From an uncultured archaeon (GTDB taxonomy: Archaea; Asgardarchaeota; Thorarchaeia; Thorarchaeales; Thorarchaeaceae): a stretch of 64,000 nucleotides of DNA. Below the pieces are notes generated by a model. It had not been told where the DNA came from and did not search any database. It worked only from the letters and a program-made list of their open reading frames with translations. Below, in pieces: positions 47,549-56,403 of this stretch. The stretch covers positions 1 to 64,000 of the forward strand of contig CAZSWP010000006.1 of NCBI GenBank assembly GCA_964610875.1, in the 5' to 3' direction. The number at the start of each line of letters is the position of its first letter. Positions within the stretch are counted from its first letter, which is position 1. The translations under genes and the position numbers were made by a program.

Positions 47549-48292
47549 CTATTCCATATCTTTCAGACGCCTCTTTCGCTGTACATCTTCACGGATATCT
47601 AGACAAGCACCCATGACTTGTTGGATGGTGTCTTCTTCCTTGAAAATTGCAAGCATATCTGAGGCTTTTTCTAAGTCATCCTCAGTGAGAGCTTCACTGA
47701 AAGCAAGTAATGTTTTCAACCAATCCCATCTAGTCTTTTCAATTACTCTATTCGCTTTCTCAATCAGTTCTTTTGCTTTGTCTGTTTCTTCAATTGTTGC
47801 ATACCCCATCGCACCAAGAGAAAGGTCGATTACCGCACGTTCAGCTTTCCCATCATCAAGTGCTTTGTCTGATGCTTTATTGTACAGACGTGCCATATTC
47901 TTCGCTGCTGTCAAGAAATACTCCTTGTTATTCAGTTTGTGACACATGAATGCTGCCCATAGATATGACTGAGCTGCGGTTTCAGTCATTCTCTCTAGAA
48001 GTGCTTCATTTGCGGCATTCTCATATAGTGACAGAGCTGTGGCAAAATCGTTTGCATTACGATATTGTGTTGCAGCTTCAAAATAGGCAGTGGCAGCTTT
48101 TCTGTGTTCATCTCTTTCTACACTTGTCTCTGCATAGATGTGATAAAACTCGGCTGCTTTTCTTGTCATTTCTATTACGCTTTCCAAGTAACAACTAGCA
48201 GCCTGTTTGTATCTATTTGCTGCTTCATAGTATTTCTCTGCTTCAGCATACTCTCCAGCAAGCCTCTCCCATTGGATGCATTCTTCTTCCAT
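47549..48292 (-). CDS. SNAP-like TPR protein
   Basis: YYEAANRYKQAASCY, AATAYFEAATQY, ALSLYENAA, AAQSYLWAA repeats. Confidence 0.75.
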   Translation of the reverse strand: MEEECIQWERLAGEYAEAEKYYEAANRYKQAASCYLESVIEMTRKAAEFYHIYAETSVERDEHRKAATAYFEAATQYRNANDFATALSLYENAANEALLERMTETAAQSYLWAAFMCHKLNNKEYFLTAAKNMARLYNKASDKALDDGKAERAVIDLSLGAMGYATIEETDKAKELIEKANRVIEKTRWDWLKTLLAFSEALTEDDLEKASDMLAIFKEEDTIQQVMGACLDIREDVQRKRRLKDME

Positions 48293-48414
48293 TGATGCCT
48301 CGGCTCCATCATGTATTCTCACTAGTAACTAAGCTAGTCACGTGGGAATTACAGTAAATGACTCATGTATAAATATGATATTCGGATAGATGTTTGACGA
48401 TTTTTCGGTGTTCT

Positions 48415-49677
48415 TTACCCTTCCATTTCCTCAAGAAGTTCTTTAGCACGCTCCACTTTAATCGTTTTCTCCGCAATCATCTTCTTTGCTATCTTATCAA
48501 CCAGCTCTCCTCGAGCTCCGGCTGTTGCAGCAACATTTCTTGCATGGAGTGACATGTGACCCTTCTGTATTCCTTCTGCAGCCAGTGCACGAAGTGCTGC
48601 AAGATTTTGTGCAAGTCCGACGCTGGCTATTACATGTCCTAACTCTTGTGCTGTCTTTACACCGAGAATACTTACTGCAATTCTTGCAACAGGATGAACT
48701 TTTGTTGCCCCTCCAACAAGACCTACTGCCATAGGTATCTCGATTGATCCCACAAGGTTGCCAAATTGATCCTTTTCATACTTGGTGAGTGACCCATAAC
48801 CTCCAACAGATGCATATGAATGTGCGCCAGCTTCAATTGCTCTAAAATCGTTTCCAGTAGCTACTATTACAGCATCAATTCCGTTCATTATTCCCTTGTT
48901 ATGTGTAGCGCAACGATATGGGTCTGATTCCGCAAAAGCCCAAGCTGCAATGATTCCATCAACAACTTCGTTACCACCTAGTAGCTCTTTGTCAAAAACT
49001 GCTCTGACGCGTGTTAATCGTTTATCAGCAAGATTTGACAGAATCCGAAGGAGTACCTTCCCACCAGATATTTTCTCGATCTCTGGTGCTAATGCCTCTG
49101 CCATAGTATTAACTGCATTTGCACCCATAGCATCTTTTGTGTCGACGATTATCTCTGTAATGACCATTGATCCAATCTCTGAATCAATCACACGTACACG
49201 TAGGTCTCTTGCCCCTCCACCGAATTTAACAAGGATGGGGTCTTGTTCATTAGCAAGCTTTAGTAAACGGTCCTTATTTTCAATAATCATGAGTTTTGCT
49301 TTAAATGGTGTAGGCACCTCAATTGCTTGGATTTGTGCTATCATGTGAGAACCGGTATCGGTAGCGAAGAATCCACCATTCTTCCTAGCGATTCGTGCAG
49401 CATTACTTGCTGCAGCTACAACAGATGGCTCCTCAATTGCCATAGGAATGAGGTAATCTTTCTCGTTGATTCTGAAATTGGTAGCAATCCCAACCGGAAT
49501 CGTCATTGCGCCTACTACGTTCTCAATCATATGATCCAGTATCTCTAAGTCGACTTCTCCAGGATTTGTGAGTGGTTTCAGTTCTTCCTCTGATATGCCT
49601 GTTAACTTTGAGAGTTCTCTTACTCTTTCTTCACGTGTGAGTTTGTAAAAGCCTGATACTCTTGAATCCTCAACCAT
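48415..49677 (-). CDS. mvaA: Hydroxymethylglutaryl-CoA reductase, class II
   Basis: MIENVVG, EEPSVVAA, DAMGAN, ILSNL, THNKGIMNG, GNDFRAIEAG, EGIQKGHMSLH. Confidence 0.95.
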   Translation of the reverse strand: MVEDSRVSGFYKLTREERVRELSKLTGISEEELKPLTNPGEVDLEILDHMIENVVGAMTIPVGIATNFRINEKDYLIPMAIEEPSVVAAASNAARIARKNGGFFATDTGSHMIAQIQAIEVPTPFKAKLMIIENKDRLLKLANEQDPILVKFGGGARDLRVRVIDSEIGSMVITEIIVDTKDAMGANAVNTMAEALAPEIEKISGGKVLLRILSNLADKRLTRVRAVFDKELLGGNEVVDGIIAAWAFAESDPYRCATHNKGIMNGIDAVIVATGNDFRAIEAGAHSYASVGGYGSLTKYEKDQFGNLVGSIEIPMAVGLVGGATKVHPVARIAVSILGVKTAQELGHVIASVGLAQNLAALRALAAEGIQKGHMSLHARNVAATAGARGELVDKIAKKMIAEKTIKVERAKELLEEMEG

Positions 49678-49793
49678 GACAGCACCTTGCTATTTAGTCG
49701 GAATTCAATTTCTAATAAGACTAGCGCCCTAATGTATGGTTGCGACCATAGCTTTAAGAAAGATATACTACTGCTTCGGAGCGGTTCTCTACT

Positions 49794-51299
49794 ATGACAT
49801 CCGAAAAAGACTTCCATGAGATAATTAATGGTTTAGCAAAAAATAGAGGGTTCTATTGGGGGCCTTCTCCTGAAATCTATGGGGGCAGTGCTGGATTCTA
49901 TGATTTAGGACCTTTAGGAAAGCTACTCAAAAACCGACTAGAAAACAGAATTCGTGCATCATTTGTGAAGGCTGGATTCTGGGAGGTTTCGTGTCCAACT
50001 GTATCCCCAGAAATTGTCTGGAAAGCATCTGGTCATCTTGATGGCTTCATAGATCCCATAGTGAAGTGTACTAAATGCGACCAAGTTTTTCGAGCTGATG
50101 ATTTGATTGTGGAAGCGACTGAAGGAACTGTAAGGGGACTATCTTTGGAAGAGATGTCTGAAAAGATCAAAGAGTTAGATATCCGATGTGGTTCTTGTGA
50201 TGGTGAACTCGGAGAGGTTGAACAATACAATCTCATGCTAAAAACTACATTGGGATTGGACCAAGAGGCATACATGCGACCTGAAACTGCTACATCAACA
50301 TATTTGCTTTTCAAGAGGATTCTGAATTTTTTTAGAAACAAGTTACCCGCTATGGTCTTTCAGATAGGGACAGCATATCGAAATGAGATATCTCCTCGTC
50401 AAGGGATGTTGCGACTGAGAGAGTTCACACAGGTAGAAGGTCAGATTTTCATACTTGAAGAGGATGAAATGAAGTGGGAACCGTTCGATGAAATCAAGCA
50501 TGATGAATTACCTATTCTCCCTCATCAAATTCAAGAGAAGGGTTCACAAGATGTTGAAATGGTAAAGATGTCTGAAGCCTTGAAGAGAGGCTATTTTCAG
50601 AAACCTGCTTATGCTTGGTGCGTTCATTTAGCTTACTCTATCTATCGTAATATGGGCTTCAATCCAGAGAACATCCGTCTTAGACAGCATCTCCTCAATG
50701 AACGGGCACACTATGCAAGAGACGCATGGGATGTGGAAATCCTTACTAGAAGTTTCGGATGGGTTGAGTGTTGCGGTGTTCATGATAGAGGGAATTATGA
50801 TCTCACACAGCATCAGCAGTTCTCCAAAGAAAAACTTCATGTAAAAGTGGATAAGAAGCCGGTGGTACCCAATGTCCTCGAAATTGCTTTTGGAGTTGAG
50901 AGACCACTCTTTGCTTTAATTGACAATGCCTATGATGAGGATGAAGAGCGGAACTGGTTACGAATTCCACCAGAAGTTGCTCCAGTGCAAGTAGGTGTAT
51001 TTCCACTTATGGGTAAAGATGAACTCATGGAGCCTGCGCTTGAGATATTTGATGCTATAATGGAGAGCGGGCTTGTGGCTTATTTTGATAAGGGTGGGTC
51101 AATAGGTCGTCGTTACCGTAGGCAAGATGAAATTGGTACACCTTTCTGTATCACGATTGATTACGACTCTCTTGAGGACAATACAGTTACAATTCGTGAG
51201 AGAGACAGTATGGATCAAGTCCGAGTGAATAGAGATATCTTAGTAAAGACTCTGAATGACCTAGTAAAAGCACGAATCACATTTGATTCCCTAAAATGA
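49794..51299 (+). CDS. glyS: Glycyl-tRNA synthetase (alpha2, archaeal/eukaryotic type)
   Basis: EIYGG..GFYD.GPLG, ASGH, RPETA, RNEISPRQG.LRLREF, E.AHYA, GSIGRRYRRQDEIGTP. Confidence 0.97.
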   Translation: MTSEKDFHEIINGLAKNRGFYWGPSPEIYGGSAGFYDLGPLGKLLKNRLENRIRASFVKAGFWEVSCPTVSPEIVWKASGHLDGFIDPIVKCTKCDQVFRADDLIVEATEGTVRGLSLEEMSEKIKELDIRCGSCDGELGEVEQYNLMLKTTLGLDQEAYMRPETATSTYLLFKRILNFFRNKLPAMVFQIGTAYRNEISPRQGMLRLREFTQVEGQIFILEEDEMKWEPFDEIKHDELPILPHQIQEKGSQDVEMVKMSEALKRGYFQKPAYAWCVHLAYSIYRNMGFNPENIRLRQHLLNERAHYARDAWDVEILTRSFGWVECCGVHDRGNYDLTQHQQFSKEKLHVKVDKKPVVPNVLEIAFGVERPLFALIDNAYDEDEERNWLRIPPEVAPVQVGVFPLMGKDELMEPALEIFDAIMESGLVAYFDKGGSIGRRYRRQDEIGTPFCITIDYDSLEDNTVTIRERDSMDQVRVNRDILVKTLNDLVKARITFDSLK

Positions 51300-51366
51300 T
51301 AACAGATTGTCTTTGCAGAAAAGGACATAAGGCTGATAGCTATTAGGTGCTTAGAGAGGGTGCATC

Positions 51367-51810
51367 TTGAGCGAAGAAGAAAAGCCAGTGCAGGTAAAGA
51401 CAATCCTAGTAGCTGTTGATGGTTCAGAATACTCAGATAAAGCAGTGCAATATGCTTGTGCCATGGGTCCATTATTAAATGCAGAAGTCATTCTGCTACA
51501 TGTTGTGCCAATGTTGGTTTCAGCTACACCTTATCATGATACTCAGTCGGACCAACCATTTCTTGCTCTTCAGAAGGTTGGAGAAGATATTCTAGATAGA
51601 GCGAAAAAGATTGCAGATACATGTCCAGTGACTGATCTGATTGATCATGGTGATCCAGCTGCACGAATCATCGAAATCGCGAAAGAGAGAGATGTGGACC
51701 TCATTATAATGGGATCAAGGGGCCTCAGTGGAATTAAGCGGTTATTCGTGGGTTCCATCAGCGATAAGGTTGCAAATAGTGCTGAATGTCCTGTAATGAT
51801 AGTGAGGTAG
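51367..51810 (+). CDS. Universal stress protein
   Basis: ILVAVDGS, GDPA, DLIIMGSRG, GSISDKV, PVMIV. Confidence 0.95.
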   Translation: MSEEEKPVQVKTILVAVDGSEYSDKAVQYACAMGPLLNAEVILLHVVPMLVSATPYHDTQSDQPFLALQKVGEDILDRAKKIADTCPVTDLIDHGDPAARIIEIAKERDVDLIIMGSRGLSGIKRLFVGSISDKVANSAECPVMIVR

Positions 51811-51843
51811 TATTCCATCTAACTCCGGGGGTAGCAGTAGTAG

Positions 51844-53112
51844 ATGTCCCCTTATGGTATTGCTGTCGATCTTGGCACATCAAAAATTTCTATGGCACTA
51901 TATGAGATTGAAAGTGAAAACGCATTGGGAAAAATTAGATTTCTTAATCCGCAATCTACTGCTGGAGAAGATGTTGTTTCACGAATCAAATATGCTGTAT
52001 CTTCTTCAAAGAAAAAACAAGAACTGGTTGATGCTTTGAGAGAAATCGTCTGTAAACAGGTTGTATCTCTACTTGATACCCATGAAATAGACACGAATGA
52101 GTCCATTGAACTTGTGATTGTTGGCAACACTCCCATGCATCACTTCTTCTTTGATTTAGAATTGAATGACCTGCTGGAACCTCCTTTTCTGACAAAAAAT
52201 AGAGATTCCATAAACGTAAGTATTGATGACATCTATCCGAGTATATCACTTGATGGAACCATCTACTCTCCCCCATTAGTTGGATCGTTCATAGGCAATG
52301 ATCTTATTGCATCGTCATTAGTTGCCTTTTCAGTTTGTGATAACTATCCTATGATTGTAATAGATGTTGGTACGAACACTGAGATTCTTGTTTCTAATGG
52401 TAGTAAGCATTGGGCCGTTTCTGCCGCATCAGGCCCTGCCTTTGAAGGGATGAGTATTCAATCAGGTATGTCTGCTGAAAGGGGTGCAATCCATTCGGTA
52501 GACATTGACATTGAGTCTCTCAAAGCTGTAGTAAGAACAATAGGCGATGAGCCTCCTAAGGGGTTCTGTGGCAGTGGAGTTGTGTCAGCACTAGCAGCTA
52601 TGTTCAAGTCAGGAATAATAAATAGAAATGGGTCTATTGAAAGAAGGATTTCAAATCGTTGGATTCACTCATCAGACGGTCTATTGTCTTATGTGGTCGT
52701 TCCTCATACAGAGTCTGGAACCAGTAACACAATTCAAATTACTCAACCCGAGATCAGAATGCTACAACAATCAAAAGCATCAATACGTGCAGCTATTGAA
52801 ACCCTATTTACTTCTGCGTCGATTAATCATAATGAGATTCTATGTGCATATATTACCGGAGCATTTGGATCTGAACTGGTTATTGATGATGCTTTTGCTA
52901 TTGGATTATTCCCAGATGTTTCTAAAGGAGCGATAATACAGGAAAATAATGGAGCATTGAGTGGTGCAATTAAAATGTTGCATAGTAGTGGCAGAAAAAT
53001 GGCTGAAGACCTTGCTCAGGAAACAAAGTATGTTGATTTGATGGAATCAGATGCATACTCAAATTTTCATGTTAAAGCACAATTCTTTGGTTCGGACTTT
53101 TTTAGTAAATGA
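51844..53112 (+). CDS. ASKHA-fold reductive activator of corrinoid proteins (RACo/DUF4445 family)
   Basis: GIAVDLGT, NPQ...GEDVVSRI, VGNTPMHH, IDVGTNTE, ASGPAFEG, GFCGSG, GAFG. Confidence 0.88.
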   Translation: MSPYGIAVDLGTSKISMALYEIESENALGKIRFLNPQSTAGEDVVSRIKYAVSSSKKKQELVDALREIVCKQVVSLLDTHEIDTNESIELVIVGNTPMHHFFFDLELNDLLEPPFLTKNRDSINVSIDDIYPSISLDGTIYSPPLVGSFIGNDLIASSLVAFSVCDNYPMIVIDVGTNTEILVSNGSKHWAVSAASGPAFEGMSIQSGMSAERGAIHSVDIDIESLKAVVRTIGDEPPKGFCGSGVVSALAAMFKSGIINRNGSIERRISNRWIHSSDGLLSYVVVPHTESGTSNTIQITQPEIRMLQQSKASIRAAIETLFTSASINHNEILCAYITGAFGSELVIDDAFAIGLFPDVSKGAIIQENNGALSGAIKMLHSSGRKMAEDLAQETKYVDLMESDAYSNFHVKAQFFGSDFFSK

Positions 53113-53584
53113 GCTCGCTATCATCGATCTCTTCTCCTGCACGGATACGTGATGATGAAACCGGTCTTCCATCTTTGGTTCTTACAAGAGGAACCACAAT
53201 TATGTGAAACCGTTTTAACCCATTTATTATTCTGAGTTCATTGATCTCGAAAGCAGTGTCAACTACATTCAATTCATCAGAAACAACTAATGCCTCAAGA
53301 TCCCTCATCTTATCAGCTCCTCCCTCCTTTGTTTCGATGGGGAAGATTTCACTCCGATTAACCGCTCCTTCTTCTCTAAGGAAATTCTCAAGATTTTTGT
53401 ATCTCGTTTCATATGATTGAATCATTTTTGGATAGGATTTTCCTTCTAGCATTGTGTCTGTAGTAAGGCCAACTGCAACTTTTTCACCAAGTTGCAATGC
53501 CGTTCTGAGAACGTGCTTGTGTCCGATGTGAAGGTGGTCAAAGGTTCCGGCAAATACAACTTTTCCATACTGCCTAGAGCCCAT
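53102..53584 (-). CDS. coaD: Phosphopantetheine adenylyltransferase (archaeal type)
   Basis: GTFDHLHIGH, VGLT.D, LVVS.E, IN..R...GL, SSSRIR.GE. Confidence 0.9.
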   Translation of the reverse strand: MGSRQYGKVVFAGTFDHLHIGHKHVLRTALQLGEKVAVGLTTDTMLEGKSYPKMIQSYETRYKNLENFLREEGAVNRSEIFPIETKEGGADKMRDLEALVVSDELNVVDTAFEINELRIINGLKRFHIIVVPLVRTKDGRPVSSSRIRAGEEIDDSELIY

Positions 53585-53588
53585 TTAC

Positions 53589-55580
53589 TCACCCTTTTCG
53601 AGTTTCAATCACATCAGCTTGTTTCAGGTCTTCAGTTATGTCCTCTAGAGTACTCAGACTGAATTTACCAAACTGGAAACAGAGTCGGTCGTGGATCTCA
53701 TCAAGTGATATCCAATCCGTTGACATATTCAGAAGTTCATCAATATAGTAGAAAATCTTCTTATCTTTCTCATACAGTTCGGAGTATTTGATTGCTAATT
53801 CTGTACTCATGTCGCCAAGATGTCCAGGCGGCATTGCATATTCCAGTTTCCTCTTGACTTCAATCTCTGATTCAAATGAGTCCAAATCAAAGTGTTCTTC
53901 TTCTTTGGCTTCTAATCCAACTTCCGCACATGCACCAAGGTATGCCTTTCGTGCGACAACCATCTCTGTTGCATATGCCATCTCAATACTAGCTTTCAAA
54001 GCATCTCTGAGTTCTTTTTGTTCGGAGATAAGATGCCATTCATCACCTGTTTTATCTAAGGTGTCACATGCGATGTCCTTTGCATATCCGAGCCATCTCA
54101 TAGTTCTTGGATATACTTTCTCTGGATTCTCCAAACATCTTCCAAGAATGTTGACGGCATCGACAGATACCCTCTGCATTATTTTCGTACCCTCGTTTCT
54201 GATTAATGTGAGCAATTTCTCTTTACATACGAATCTGGGATGAGCCAGTGAGAGTACGGATAATACAATCACTCGTGATGCCCATGCCATTTGTGACTCA
54301 TCGATTTTGTCAATTGTGTCACTGGATGTGTGGTAGAAATTGTCAATGGATTGATTCAACATAATCCCTGGTATGCCTATTGTACTATCAGTGAACATGA
54401 AATGGTCGCTACCCGCTCCATAGTGATGAAGATTCCATGGGTGTGGTGTCGGTGCTTCTCCTAATGATGGATTGGGTTTTCGATCTGCTTCAGCTTGTAA
54501 CCAATATCCAACAACATCGTTTAATGAGCTTGGGAGTGAATATGGTGTACGGTATAGAGTTAATATCGAACCTGCTTTAGCTGGATCTGCACCCACCATA
54601 TCTGCGTTAATCATGAACTTGCATTTAGAAAGCAGGTCTTTGTTAGAATCAATATAGTGAATCATTCCATACCATTCACCCATCCAAATAAATCGAATTG
54701 AATACTCTGGGAGCTCAATCTTTCCTTCGTTTAGAAGAGACGCAATCGTTCGATATGTTTCCAACAAAGCACCACTTCCTGATGCATTATCGTTGGCACC
54801 TGGATTTGGGTGGCATATGTGTGATGTCAACCATACTTCTTTGTCCGTTTCTTTACCTGGAATGACTGCGGAAAGTACGCCTTGAGTCCCTGGTTTCAAT
54901 TCTGCTTTTATTTCAGCTTTGACCCTGATAGTTTTTCCTTCATCAAGCCAATTCTTTATTCGAATGCCATCGGCTTGTGTGAGAGCAAAACCAAATTTCG
55001 TCTTTCCTTCTTCTCCTTGTTTTGGCCAAATTCCTTCATACCTTCTCATAGCCGCAATTTCATCTTTTCCGGATGGTGGAATGTAAGTGAGGAGACCTAT
55101 TGCTCCATGCTCTATACAAGCTATTTTGTGAACCTTTGAAGCACGTGATGTGGTTAACACTACCTTTCCTTTCACGTCTTTTCCTTCATAGTCTTCGGGC
55201 TTCATACCTTTGCCGATAAAGACCACTTCCGCTTCACTATCAGTAGTTGTAGAAAACGCGGCTAAGGAGATGGGTTCTGCAGAAAAATCACAAACTAGAG
55301 CTTCCTCGGGCTCTATTATTCTTAGAGTACCACGAATAGGATACCATCCCATTAGATTTTCCCATAGGCCAATGCTTCCCTTTCCATCAGCCTTGTACTC
55401 ATGCATGATTGCTGAACCATGACCAATTCGATCAATTTCATTCTTCACATATTCAAGTGCATTAATCAGTCCCTCTGTCGCCTGGATTCTGTGATGTTGT
55501 GCAATTCCTGCAACATAGTATTTTGCTCTGATTCCAGATACCATTTGGACGACTGATTTGACCATATCTTCAGGTAGCAT
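53589..55580 (-). CDS. M28-family aminopeptidase-like protein with PA domain (DUF4910-like)
   Basis: DYEGKDVKGK PA domain, SHICHP..GANDNASG, E, NADMVG, GSDH, YHTSSDT. Confidence 0.88.
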   Translation of the reverse strand: MLPEDMVKSVVQMVSGIRAKYYVAGIAQHHRIQATEGLINALEYVKNEIDRIGHGSAIMHEYKADGKGSIGLWENLMGWYPIRGTLRIIEPEEALVCDFSAEPISLAAFSTTTDSEAEVVFIGKGMKPEDYEGKDVKGKVVLTTSRASKVHKIACIEHGAIGLLTYIPPSGKDEIAAMRRYEGIWPKQGEEGKTKFGFALTQADGIRIKNWLDEGKTIRVKAEIKAELKPGTQGVLSAVIPGKETDKEVWLTSHICHPNPGANDNASGSGALLETYRTIASLLNEGKIELPEYSIRFIWMGEWYGMIHYIDSNKDLLSKCKFMINADMVGADPAKAGSILTLYRTPYSLPSSLNDVVGYWLQAEADRKPNPSLGEAPTPHPWNLHHYGAGSDHFMFTDSTIGIPGIMLNQSIDNFYHTSSDTIDKIDESQMAWASRVIVLSVLSLAHPRFVCKEKLLTLIRNEGTKIMQRVSVDAVNILGRCLENPEKVYPRTMRWLGYAKDIACDTLDKTGDEWHLISEQKELRDALKASIEMAYATEMVVARKAYLGACAEVGLEAKEEEHFDLDSFESEIEVKRKLEYAMPPGHLGDMSTELAIKYSELYEKDKKIFYYIDELLNMSTDWISLDEIHDRLCFQFGKFSLSTLEDITEDLKQADVIETRKG

Positions 55581-55663
55581 TCGAAATCACAAGTAAATGA
55601 GAACTAATTTCTCACATAAGTACCCTACGACTTGGTCATTTTATTGCAAGAAAAGGAAAAATG

Positions 55664-55687
55664 TAGGAATGGGCGTTCCCATTCCTA
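55664..55687 (-). terminator. 10-bp perfect hairpin downstream of ferritin
   Basis: TAGGAATGGG-N4-CCCATTCCTA, followed on the minus strand by CATTTTTCCTTTTC. Confidence 0.7.
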
Positions 55688-55700
55688 AGAATAATCGGGT

Positions 55701-56228
55701 TTATGGATCGGTTGATTCTGCTGGAGGGCCAGCTGCAGGAGCCCTGCTACCTAGTTTGGAGTCCAACATGAAGAGTGCGTTGACTGAATCTCCAATCTTC
55801 TTTAACATATCACGGATTTCCATTGTGGTGGCTTCTTCTTCCACTTGTTCGTCATAGAACCAGTTCAAGAATGACATTGTTCCCCTGTCACCATGTTTCT
55901 CAGCCAATTCACCAATCTTGTAGATTCTCTCGGTGACATGTGCCTCATGATTGTATGCTTCCTCAAAGACATCTAGTGGTGATGACCACTCTGTCTTTGG
56001 TGCATCAATCGCCTTCAACTCAACACGAGCTCCGCGTTCAGTGAGGTGACGATAGAACCTCATTGCGTGATTGAATTCTTCTTGATATTGGAATTCCATC
56101 CAACGAGCGAACCCTGGTAAGTTCTCTTCTTCAAACCATGTCGCCATTGACAAGTAGATATATCCACTATAAATCTCGAAGTTTATTTGGTCGTTAATTG
56201 CGTCTATTAGTTCTTGATTGATCTCCAT
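55701..56228 (-). CDS. ftnA: Ferritin (non-heme)
   Basis: QINFE..S..IYLSM, EEFNHA, HE..VT..I, FL.WF..EQVEEE ferroxidase residues. Confidence 0.95.
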   Translation of the reverse strand: MEINQELIDAINDQINFEIYSGYIYLSMATWFEEENLPGFARWMEFQYQEEFNHAMRFYRHLTERGARVELKAIDAPKTEWSSPLDVFEEAYNHEAHVTERIYKIGELAEKHGDRGTMSFLNWFYDEQVEEEATTMEIRDMLKKIGDSVNALFMLDSKLGSRAPAAGPPAESTDP

Positions 56229-56403
56229 ATTATGAACCTCGACTTCCTACACGAGTTAGTGCTTAACTTCACTATAGCTAAGTAGCATCTATTAAACTTT
56301 CGGTACAGCATTTTTCCATTTAATACATATGAGTCTGACCAACGAACCTTTTTTACTCGCCATGGTCCATAAAATTCTCTAAGGATTAGAGGAGCTAGCG
56401 CTT

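Noticed and set aside
56229-56285. Iron-responsive-element-like hairpins in the ferritin leader
   Set aside because: Only 4-5 bp stems and no CAGUGN loop.
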